DNA of 32,000 nucleotides from an uncultured Chloroflexia bacterium (GTDB taxonomy: Bacteria; Chloroflexota; Anaerolineae; Anaerolineales; Anaerolineaceae), in NCBI GenBank assembly GCA_963704755.1, contig OY969938.1:3780001-3812000 (forward strand), read 5' to 3'. Positions 24,694-32,000 of this stretch are shown here, in pieces. Positions within the stretch are counted from its first letter, which is position 1; each line of letters opens with the position of its first letter. The translations under genes and the position numbers were made by a program. Under the pieces are notes generated by a model that worked only from the letters and a program-made list of their open reading frames with translations, did not search any database and had not been told where the DNA came from.

Positions 24694-26118
24694 CTATTCC
24701 CCCACCAACTTCCCAAACACCTGCATGGCCATTCCGGGGTCGGGCAGGACGAACCAGATCCAGCCCAGGGAGACGTACAGGAAGGTGAAGGCGGTCGAGG
24801 CGACTGACAGGGCGGTTTTCAGGCCGGGGCGCAGGGTGTGGGCGGCGAACCAGGCGCGGGTCCGGTCGCTGAAGCGGTTTTGGACGAACAGCCCCAGCCC
24901 ATGCCACAGACCCCACAGGATGAAGTTGAGCGTGCCGCCGTGCCACAGGCCGATTAGCACAAAGGTTGTCACCTGGGTGATCAGGATGATCCAGACCGCC
25001 GCGATGGGCTTCTTACGGCTGCGCAGCGCCCGGGTGAGCGGGTTGAAGTAATAGGCGCGGAACCACTGGGTGAGGGTCATGTGCCAGTTGTTCCAGAATT
25101 GGGTCAGGTTGGGCTTGAGATATGGGCGCAGGAAGTTTTCAGGCAGCTTGACGCCCAGCCAGCGCCCCAGACCGATGGCGATATCAGTATAGCCCGAAAA
25201 ATCCAGATAAATGCGTAGGGAATAGGCCAGTAAGGCCAGCCACATCCAGCCGACCGAGCGGATAGCCAGGGCGTTGCCCGGACCGAGCGAAAAGTAAGCC
25301 AGGCTGTCGGCCAGGGCAAACTTGGCGAAAATGCCGATCACCAGCCGCCGGCCGCCGGCCAGGGCCTCGCCGGCATCGAAAGGGAGTTCGCCGCGCAGGT
25401 CTTTGAGAAAGCGCTCCGGCCGGTCGATCGGCCCGGCGGTGAAAGCCGGGAAGAAAATAATATAGGTTACATATTCGCGCAGGCTCATGGCCGGCAGGCG
25501 CTTGTTTTGGCGGTCGCGCAGGGTAGCGATCAGGCGGAAAGCCACGTAGGAAAAACCCAGCCAGCGGATATCCAGCGCTGTGGCCAGGGACACCGACTGG
25601 TGAGCCATGCCGCGCAGGAGGGCGCTGGCTGCGGTGGCCAGCAGAGGGATTTTCAGGACCAGCAGTGCGGCAATCAACACGACCGTGCCGGTTACCAACA
25701 CCGCCGCAATGGGTTTACGCCAGCGGACCAGGGCCAGGACGAGGCCGGAGCAAACCAGCACGACGACCAGTATCGTCAGGGTCGCCGGCGGTCGGGTCGG
25801 GGTGAGCAGCGTATCCCAGGGCAGCCAGCGGGTTAAGCCGACCAGCAGGACCACCCCGGCCAGTACCGCGCCGGTGATCCAGTTTTCACGGCCAGCGCGG
25901 GCCTCGGGCGGTTGAGTCAGCGCCCAGCCGGCCGCCGAGATGGCCAGGGTGGCCACCGGCAGCCAGAAATCCAGCCCGCGGATGGGTGTGGCCGGCTGCA
26001 GCCAGAACACCGCCAGCTCGCTGGCAATCAGCAGCACCCAGGCGCGTCCGCGGGAATGGAACAGCAGCCGGTAGAGGAGGATCAGGGCAGCGAAGATGAG
26101 GATGTTGGTCAGGCCCAT
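24694..26118 (-). CDS. Membrane-bound O-acyltransferase (MBOAT; AlgI/DltB/PatA family)
   Basis: 474 aa and polytopic. Conserved His region is LIGLWHGGTLNFILWGLWHGLGLF. Also has SLREYVTYIIFFPAFTAGPIDR and WNNWHMTLTQWFRAYYFNPL. The ATG overlaps the stop of the upstream micro-ORF (TAATG). Confidence 0.92.
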   Translation of the reverse strand: MGLTNILIFAALILLYRLLFHSRGRAWVLLIASELAVFWLQPATPIRGLDFWLPVATLAISAAGWALTQPPEARAGRENWITGAVLAGVVLLVGLTRWLPWDTLLTPTRPPATLTILVVVLVCSGLVLALVRWRKPIAAVLVTGTVVLIAALLVLKIPLLATAASALLRGMAHQSVSLATALDIRWLGFSYVAFRLIATLRDRQNKRLPAMSLREYVTYIIFFPAFTAGPIDRPERFLKDLRGELPFDAGEALAGGRRLVIGIFAKFALADSLAYFSLGPGNALAIRSVGWMWLALLAYSLRIYLDFSGYTDIAIGLGRWLGVKLPENFLRPYLKPNLTQFWNNWHMTLTQWFRAYYFNPLTRALRSRKKPIAAVWIILITQVTTFVLIGLWHGGTLNFILWGLWHGLGLFVQNRFSDRTRAWFAAHTLRPGLKTALSVASTAFTFLYVSLGWIWFVLPDPGMAMQVFGKLVGE

Positions 26119-26273
26119 TAAAACCCCTGGTAGATCCAGAGCGGGGCACTATCCGCGGTAAGGATAAATACCAAAATGATGGCCAGGCACAGCAGCAGCG
26201 CCCACAAGTTCTCGCGGGTGAACAACCATTTCTTCTTTTGAGATGGCGGTTTAGGGGAATTTGTTGTGGCCAT
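26118..26273 (-). CDS. 51-aa single-pass membrane microprotein with a C-terminal W-I-Y-Q-G-F tail (DltX-like acyl-shuttle candidate); absent from the ORF track
   Basis: My translation of the minus strand is MATTNSPKPPSQKKKWLFTRENLWALLLCLAIILVFILTADSAPLWIYQGF*. GGGGAG lies upstream. The stop overlaps the MBOAT ATG by 1 nt. It has a basic N-terminus, one TM helix and a short tail ending aromatic-x-Tyr-x-x-Phe, as in DltX (FIYNEF, from memory). Confidence 0.6.
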   Translation of the reverse strand: MATTNSPKPPSQKKKWLFTRENLWALLLCLAIILVFILTADSAPLWIYQGF

Positions 26274-26292
26274 GTATGCCTGGCTCCCCGGG

Positions 26293-28998
26293 TTAATTCA
26301 GGTTGGCCAATTGATCTTTCAAGCGGGCAGCGCTCTCCTGGAACGTGGCCAGTTTCTGGCGCTCTTTATCCACCACCGCGGGCGGCGCTTTTTGGGCAAA
26401 GGGACTGGCCAGCAGGGCTTCCAGGCGTTCGATCTGGCTTTGCACATCGCCCAGCTCGCCTTCCAGACGCGTCTTTTCAGCCTGCACATCCACCAGGCCG
26501 GAAAGCGGCAAATAAATCTCGACCGCTGAGACCACCAGGGCCACCTGGTCTTGTGGTTTTTCGGCCAGGTTCTTGAGCAAGATCAATTGTTCGGGATCGA
26601 TGAAGGCCAGGGCGCATAAGGTTTTGGCCTGGGCCTGGAAAATGCGTAATTGATCGCCGGCGACAATGGTTGCGGCGATGCGTTTGCCGGGAACGACCCG
26701 TTTTTCAGTGCGGGTATTGCGGATAGCGCGAACGACTTCCTGCACCAGGCCAAAGTCGGCTACGCTGTTCTCCTCCCAGCCCTCGACCGGCTGGGATTGC
26801 GGCCAACTGGCCAGCATGAGCGCCTCGCCCCAACCGGCTTTGGGGGTAAAAGCCGGGCTTTTGGCCAGGCAGGCGTCTTTAAGGTGGCCCCACAACTCTT
26901 CGGTCACAAAGGGTGTAAAGGGGTGCAGCAGCCGCAGGCAGGCGTCCAGTACGAGCACCAGGGCCTGGGCAGTGTAAAAAGCCCGGTCGCCGCCCTCGTT
27001 GAGTTGGAGCTTGGCAATCTCCAGGTACCAGTCGGCAAACTCCGACCAGAAAAAGTCGTAGATCTGGCGGCCGGCTTCACCGTACTGGAACGAGGCAAAC
27101 AGGCGCTCGGTATCGCGCTCCAATTGCTGCAAACGCGCCCATATCCACGAATCGGCCAGGGTCCAGTCGGGCTCATGGATGGGGGTATCGGGAGCCTGGT
27201 CCAGTGCGCCCAGGACGAAGCGCCCGGCGTTCCAGACCTTATTGGCAAAATTACGGTTGGCCTCGACCTTTTTGAGGCTCAGGTTCATGTCGTTGCCCGG
27301 GGTGGAGCCGACCAGCAGGGTAAAGCGCAGTGCGTCGGTGCCCATTTCGCCCATCACACCCAGCGGATCGATCACATTGCCCTTGGTCTTGCTCATCTTC
27401 TGGCCGTGCTCATCGCGAATCAGCCCATGCAGGTAAATGGTGTTGAAGGGCGGCTTACCGGTGAACTCCAGGCCGAACATGATCATGCGGGCGACCCAGA
27501 AGAAGAGGATATCGTAACCGGTCTCCATATAGGCGGTCGGGTAGAAGTAGTTGAAATCAGGGGTGTTCTCGGGCCAGCCCAGGGTCGAGAAAGGCCACAA
27601 GCCGGAGGAGAACCAGGTATCCAGCACGTCCTCGTCCTGGTGGATGGCCGAACTGCCACATTTCGAACAGGTGGTTGGGTCTTCCCGGGCGACCGTCACG
27701 GCGCCGCAATCGTCGCAATACCAGACCGGGATGCGGTGGCCCCACCATAACTGGCGGCTGATGCACCAATCCTGGATGTTTTCCAGCCAGTTGTAATAGA
27801 CTTTGGTGAAACGTTCCGGCACGATTTTGATCTCGCCGTCGCGAACGCATTTCAAGGCCGCCTCGGCCAGGGGCTGGATGCGCACGAACCACTGGGTCGA
27901 GACCATCGGCTCGATGATCTCACCGCCGCGCTGCGAGCGCGGCACGTTGAGGGTGTAAGGCTCCTCTTTGATCACCAGACCGGCGGCTTTCATATCGGCC
28001 CACAATTTCTTGCGGCAGGCAAAGCGGTCCAGGCCGGTATAGGGCTCGCCGTTTTCATTGATAGCGGCGTCCTCGGTGAGGATGTTGATCACCTCCAGGT
28101 TATGGCGCTGCCCGATCTGGTAGTCATTCGGGTCGTGGGCCGGGGTGATCTTGAGCGCGCCGGTACCGAAATCACGGGTGACGTAATCGTCGGCGATGAC
28201 CGGCACGGACCGGCCGGTGATGGGCACCAGCACCTGGCGTCCCACAAAGGCGGCGTAGCGCTCATCCTCGGGGTGCACGGCCACGGCCGTATCGCCCAGG
28301 ATGGTTTCGGGTCGGGTGGTTGCCACCGGGATAAATTCGTCGGGGTTATCGGCCAGGACGTATTTGAAGTAGTACAGAAAACCAGGCTCTTCGCTGTATT
28401 CTACTTCCAGGTCCGAGACGGCCGTCTTCAGCCCGGGCGACCAGTTGATCATGCGCGGGCCGCGATAGATCAGGCCCTTCTCGTACAGGCGCACGAACGC
28501 TTCCCGGACGGATTTGGAAAGACCATCGTCCAGGGTGAAGCGCTGGCGGTCCCAATCGCAGGAGGCGCCCAGGCGGCGGATCTGGCGGGTGATCATGTTG
28601 CCATACTTTTCTTTCCAGGACCAGGTGCGGCGCAGAAATTCTTCGCGGCCCAATTCTTCCCGGCGCAGGCCCTCTTTGGCCAGGGATTTTTCGACCTGGA
28701 GTTGAGTGGCGATGCCGGCGTGGTCGCTGCCCGGTACCCACAGGGTGGGGATGCCCTTCATGCGGTGATAGCGGACCATCAGGTCTTCCATCGAGACGAA
28801 CATCGCGTGGCCCAGGTGCAGTTCACCGGTCACATTGGGTGGCGGGATGGCAATGACAAACGGCCGCACAGAGGGATCGTGGCCGGGTTGGGAGGGGTCA
28901 TTGGCGGGCTTGAAGAATCCGCTCTTTTCCCACCAGGAATAGATCCGTTCTTCGACGCTGGAAAAATCGTAAGCTTTGGGCAGGGTATTTTCTGGCAT
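26293..28998 (-). CDS. valS: Valine--tRNA ligase, bacterial long form with C-terminal coiled-coil
   Basis: PPPNVTGELHLGHAM (HIGH), KMSKTKGN (KMSKS), TTRPETILGDTAVAVHPEDERY (editing domain), DWCISRQLWWGHRIPVWYC. The C-terminal coiled coil is EKTRLEGELGDVQSQIERLEALL...ARLKDQLANL. 901 aa. Confidence 0.95.
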   Translation of the reverse strand: MPENTLPKAYDFSSVEERIYSWWEKSGFFKPANDPSQPGHDPSVRPFVIAIPPPNVTGELHLGHAMFVSMEDLMVRYHRMKGIPTLWVPGSDHAGIATQLQVEKSLAKEGLRREELGREEFLRRTWSWKEKYGNMITRQIRRLGASCDWDRQRFTLDDGLSKSVREAFVRLYEKGLIYRGPRMINWSPGLKTAVSDLEVEYSEEPGFLYYFKYVLADNPDEFIPVATTRPETILGDTAVAVHPEDERYAAFVGRQVLVPITGRSVPVIADDYVTRDFGTGALKITPAHDPNDYQIGQRHNLEVINILTEDAAINENGEPYTGLDRFACRKKLWADMKAAGLVIKEEPYTLNVPRSQRGGEIIEPMVSTQWFVRIQPLAEAALKCVRDGEIKIVPERFTKVYYNWLENIQDWCISRQLWWGHRIPVWYCDDCGAVTVAREDPTTCSKCGSSAIHQDEDVLDTWFSSGLWPFSTLGWPENTPDFNYFYPTAYMETGYDILFFWVARMIMFGLEFTGKPPFNTIYLHGLIRDEHGQKMSKTKGNVIDPLGVMGEMGTDALRFTLLVGSTPGNDMNLSLKKVEANRNFANKVWNAGRFVLGALDQAPDTPIHEPDWTLADSWIWARLQQLERDTERLFASFQYGEAGRQIYDFFWSEFADWYLEIAKLQLNEGGDRAFYTAQALVLVLDACLRLLHPFTPFVTEELWGHLKDACLAKSPAFTPKAGWGEALMLASWPQSQPVEGWEENSVADFGLVQEVVRAIRNTRTEKRVVPGKRIAATIVAGDQLRIFQAQAKTLCALAFIDPEQLILLKNLAEKPQDQVALVVSAVEIYLPLSGLVDVQAEKTRLEGELGDVQSQIERLEALLASPFAQKAPPAVVDKERQKLATFQESAARLKDQLANLN

Positions 28999-29134
28999 GT
29001 TATTTCCCGATAATTGGTTTAGGTGTTGCCACGGATTTACACAGAGGGCACAGATTTTTTTTGTAGATGATGAAGATCCAGGCTATCTTAATCCGGGCGA
29101 GGTATTGTCTGTTTTTGGCCTTGGTATAACCCTT

Positions 29135-31591
29135 TTAACTGACTTGAATGGCGATGGCGACTCTGGCGCCGGCCGCGACCTGGACGAGCGCCGGGTCGAG
29201 CGACGGGCTGATCTCGATCAGGCGCGCGCGGGAGACGCTGGACAGGTCCGGGATGGCCGCTTGAAGCAGGCCGGATTGGTCAGGTTCGCCAGGGACTAAT
29301 TGTACCCGATCTAGTTCGGTTCCCAAACTGAGATTCCGCTCACTTTTGAACCTTCGTATAGCTGTGGATATCTCGATCAGCAACTCGCCGTTAGGGATGG
29401 CTGCTTCCCGCCAGGCTTCGTCCAGGAGGGTATCTGCCTGCGGCCAGGCCGACAGGTGGATCGAGGCCTGGCCTTCCCCGACTGCGAACAGCTCCTGGTA
29501 AATAGCCTCACTGATGTAGGGCAAGAAGGGCGCCAGCAGCTTGAGTGTGGCCCGTAATGTCCCTTTCAAGGTGTGGCAGGCGCCGGCGTGCCCGGTCGCG
29601 GTTTCGTCGTACAAACGCTGTTTGGCCATTTCCAGGTAATTATCAGCCAGGTCACGCCAGAAAAATCCTTCCGCCTCGTTCTTGGCGCCGGTGTAATCGT
29701 AGTCGTCCAGGGCGTGGGTACAACGCTGGATGACCTGGTCCAGACGGGCGCGGATCCATTGGTCGGCCGGGGTGAACGGACCCGGGTTGGTTTGGCCATC
29801 GATGGCGGCGATGAACGGCTCGCCGAAGCGGGCCACGTTCCACAACTTGGTCACCAGGCGGCTGCCGGCCTGGATTTTTTCTTCGTTGATGATCGAGTCT
29901 TTACCCGGCCCGGTGGAGGCTGCCCAGTAGCGGACTGCGTCCGCCGAGGTGCGCTGGATCATTTCCATCGGCGGTAAGGGCCCGCCGCCCCTGGACTTGG
30001 ATATCTTGCCCATGCCCTCGCCGGCCAGGCCCCAGCCGGAGATGAACACGTGGCTCCAGGGCAGCTTGCCCAAATGATAGGCCGATTTGACGATAGTGTA
30101 AAAGGCCCAGGTGCGGATGATTTCATGCGCCTGCGGGCGCATGGAGAAGGGAAAAACCTGACCGAACAGACCCGGATCGTCCTGCCAGCCGGAAACGATC
30201 TGCGGGCTGAGGGAGGAAGTCGCCCAGGTGTCCATCACATCGGTCTCCGGCTCGAATTCAGACGAGCCGCACGAACAGTTTTCGGCTGGCGAGGCCTGAG
30301 CCGGATCGACCGGCAGGCGGTCGGATGAGGCCAGAGTCGGCCGGCCGCATTTTTTGCAATACCAGAGCGGGAAAGGCACGCCAAAATAGCGCTGGCGAGA
30401 GATGCACCAATCCCAGTTCAAGTTTTCCACCCAGGAACGGTAGCGCGCCCCCATATGTTCTGGGTGCCAGTGGATCTGCTCGCCGGCATCCAGAAAGGCC
30501 TGGCGGTTTTCCAGCACGCGGATGAACCACTGGCGGGTAACGATCGTCTCGACCGGGGTATCGCAGCGCTCGTGAACCCGCACCGATTGGGACAGGCTTT
30601 CGCGCTTGAGCAGCAGGCCGTTTTCTTCCAGCAGGGTCTTCATGCGGGCGCGAGCCTGGACGACCGTCAGCCCTTGCAGCGGCCCGGCGACCACCGTCAA
30701 CCGCCCCTGTCGATCGATCGCCTCGATCAGCGCCAGGTGATGGGTGTACCACCAGGCTACGTCGGTCTGGTCGCCGAAGGTGCAGCACATGACTGCCCCG
30801 GTGCCTTTGTGGGGATCGGCGGTCGGGTCGGCCAGGATGGGGACGGCCTGGCGGTAGAAGGGGGTCAGCGCCTGGCTGCCGATAAAGGCTTGATAGCGGG
30901 TATCCTCAGGATGGACAAAGACGGCTACACAGGCGGCCAGCAGCTCGGGCCGGGTAGTGGCGATGGGCAGCAGCGAGCCATCCGGCAGGGTGAAGGGGAT
31001 GGTCACAAACTCGGTCTCGCGCTGCAAGTCCTCCAACTCGGCCTGGGCGATGGCGGTGCGGCATTCCGGGCACCACAGGCTGGGCGCTTCGCGCCGGTAT
31101 ACCAGATCCTGGCGGTACAGGTCCAGAAAGGAGGCCTGGGCCAGGCGGCGGGAACGTTCATCGATGGTGCGGTAGGTGTGGCGCCAGTCTATCGACCGCC
31201 CCAGGCGCTGCCACAGCGCGTGATATTCCTTTTCTTCTTCGTCGCTCACCTGGAGGCACTTTTGGATGAAATCCGTCCGGCCGACCTCGGCCGCCCGCAC
31301 GCCCAGGCGCTTTTCGACCAGGCGCTCGGTTGGCAGGCCGTTGTCGTCGAAACCCATTGGGTAAAACACGGCGTATCCCTGCATGCGTTTGTAGCGGGCG
31401 ATGAAGTCGGCCTGGCTGTAGGAATAAACGTGGCCAAGGTGCAGGTGTCCACTGACCGTCGCCGGCGGCGAATCGATGGAAAACACCGGCTTTCCCTGGC
31501 CGGGGTCGAACCGGTAGATGGCTTTTTCTTGCCAGTACTGCTGCAGGGCCGGCTCCTGCTCGGATGGGGTAAATCGTTTTGGTAAGGGCAT
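29135..31591 (-). CDS. valS: Second class-Ia ValRS-type tRNA ligase, short archaeal-like form without coiled-coil
   Basis: SPPATVSGHLHLGHVYSYSQADFIARYKRMQGYAVFYPMGFDDNGLPTERLVE, TTRPELLAACVAVFVHPEDTRY, DWCISRQRYFGVPFPLWYC, KISKSRG. 818 aa. GGAGG lies 6 nt upstream of the ATG. The upstream T-box has a GUC specifier candidate. Confidence 0.85.
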   Translation of the reverse strand: MPLPKRFTPSEQEPALQQYWQEKAIYRFDPGQGKPVFSIDSPPATVSGHLHLGHVYSYSQADFIARYKRMQGYAVFYPMGFDDNGLPTERLVEKRLGVRAAEVGRTDFIQKCLQVSDEEEKEYHALWQRLGRSIDWRHTYRTIDERSRRLAQASFLDLYRQDLVYRREAPSLWCPECRTAIAQAELEDLQRETEFVTIPFTLPDGSLLPIATTRPELLAACVAVFVHPEDTRYQAFIGSQALTPFYRQAVPILADPTADPHKGTGAVMCCTFGDQTDVAWWYTHHLALIEAIDRQGRLTVVAGPLQGLTVVQARARMKTLLEENGLLLKRESLSQSVRVHERCDTPVETIVTRQWFIRVLENRQAFLDAGEQIHWHPEHMGARYRSWVENLNWDWCISRQRYFGVPFPLWYCKKCGRPTLASSDRLPVDPAQASPAENCSCGSSEFEPETDVMDTWATSSLSPQIVSGWQDDPGLFGQVFPFSMRPQAHEIIRTWAFYTIVKSAYHLGKLPWSHVFISGWGLAGEGMGKISKSRGGGPLPPMEMIQRTSADAVRYWAASTGPGKDSIINEEKIQAGSRLVTKLWNVARFGEPFIAAIDGQTNPGPFTPADQWIRARLDQVIQRCTHALDDYDYTGAKNEAEGFFWRDLADNYLEMAKQRLYDETATGHAGACHTLKGTLRATLKLLAPFLPYISEAIYQELFAVGEGQASIHLSAWPQADTLLDEAWREAAIPNGELLIEISTAIRRFKSERNLSLGTELDRVQLVPGEPDQSGLLQAAIPDLSSVSRARLIEISPSLDPALVQVAAGARVAIAIQVS

Positions 31592-31610
31592 GGGACCTCC
31601 GTGGGGAAAA

Positions 31611-31757
31611 AGAGAGTAGAGAATAGTAAATAGAGAATGGAGAATAGAGAATAGAGAATGGTTCTTTGGTTGCGTCGCTACCTTATTGATTGATCGCCTC
31701 GTTGTCCGAATTACTAATTTCTATTTACTACTCTCTACTCTCTATTTTCTAATTTCT
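31611..31757. repeat. TAGAGAATAGAGAA-family inverted-repeat element inside the valS-2 leader
   Basis: Left arm AGAGAGTAGAGAATAGTAAATAGAGAAT (31611-31638) pairs with right arm ATTTCTATTTACTACTCTCTACTCTCT (31717-31743), with 2-3 mismatches. The centre, CGCCTCGTTGTCCGAATTACTAATTTCTATT, is homologous to 24640-24675. Confidence 0.7.
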
Positions 31758-31762
31758 GCCTT

Positions 31763-32000
31763 AAAACAAACAACCTTCCGCCTCTATGAGGACGAAAGGT
31801 TATCTTCCGCGGTACCACCTCAATTCGTAAGCAATTATGGCTTACGCTCTCGTTCCCGGACGATCATCCGGGTTACGCGTTAACGGGCTTACCCGTACCG
31901 GTCTACTCTCCCAAGGAGGGATTTCTTCGGTAAATGAGCCAAACGACTTCAGCCGCTGCATTTGCTGGGGAGGTTTTCAGCCGGTGACGCTCCGTCTCTG
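31763..32000 (-). promoter_or_regulatory. T-box riboswitch leader (5' part of Stem I lies beyond the window end)
   Basis: On the minus strand: T-box core AATTGAGGTGGTACCGCGGAAG (plus 31808-31825). The terminator is AACCTTTCGTCCTC-ATA-GAGGCGGAAGGTT followed by GTTTGTTTT (plus 31763-31801), and overlaps an alternative antiterminator. Stem III is CGTAAGC-CATAATT-GCTTACG. F-box CCGTTA is present. AGAGA bulge plus distal loop GCTGAAA lie at the window edge. Candidate specifier is GAA-GUC-G (plus 31945-31947). Confidence 0.8.

Noticed and set aside
24544-24807. 87-aa ORF crossing the inverted-repeat element into the MBOAT 3' end
   Set aside because: It reads through the repeat arm and then antisense to the MBOAT. 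There is no RBS, and the sequence is repeat-derived.
17723-26273. Idea that the frameshifted acyl-AMP ligase is the DltA-like partner of the MBOAT/SGNH module
   Set aside because: It lies about 5 kb away with unrelated genes between (lipoprotein, lysE, higBA), and no carrier protein gene is visible. The only link is that all are frameshifted or accessory genes. This is too weak to claim.
31922-31928. GAA-GAA-A as an alternative T-box specifier (Glu)
   Set aside because: It lies about 41 nt after the distal helix, too far for the Stem I specifier loop. It would also be inconsistent with the ValRS signatures of the downstream gene. GAA-GUC-G (specifier at 31945-31947) fits both position and gene. 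A covariance-model alignment with the missing 5' sequence is still needed.

Overview
GC-rich bacterial chromosomal window. The gene style (fused glyQS, orphan Flp pilin, Cys-lipobox lipoproteins, an archaeal-type aaRS paralog) is compatible with a Chloroflexota-like monoderm, but that is inference only. The housekeeping backbone is a fused glycyl-tRNA synthetase (414-3431), a dnaG-rpoD pair (4247-8528), and two tandem valyl-tRNA synthetase paralogs on the minus strand (26293-31591). A T-box leader precedes the ValRS pair and is cut by the window end. Between these lie: (1) a stress/two-component cluster: atypical response regulator, GlsB/YeaQ-like protein, PAS histidine kinase with NarL-type regulator, PRC-barrel lipoprotein, BON protein, YcgN. 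(2) A repeat-rich spacer holding a 103-bp tandem array, interrupted exactly at a unit junction by an intact IS110-family element with a 319-nt structured non-coding left end (bridge-RNA candidate). (3) An acyl-AMP ligase (frameshifted) with an F420-type oxidoreductase, a secreted SGNH-like lipoprotein, a LysE exporter and a higBA toxin-antitoxin pair. (4) A cell-envelope O-acylation module: a 51-aa DltX-like microprotein missing from the ORF track, an MBOAT, a lipoprotein and an SGNH hydrolase. The last two are each broken by a 4-bp tandem duplication. The non-coding DNA is unusually structured. It contains an 84-bp x7 tandem array between dnaG and rpoD, and at least four dispersed repeat/hairpin families. 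No rRNA, tRNA or CRISPR array was seen. All family calls rest on motif recognition by eye; no searches were run.
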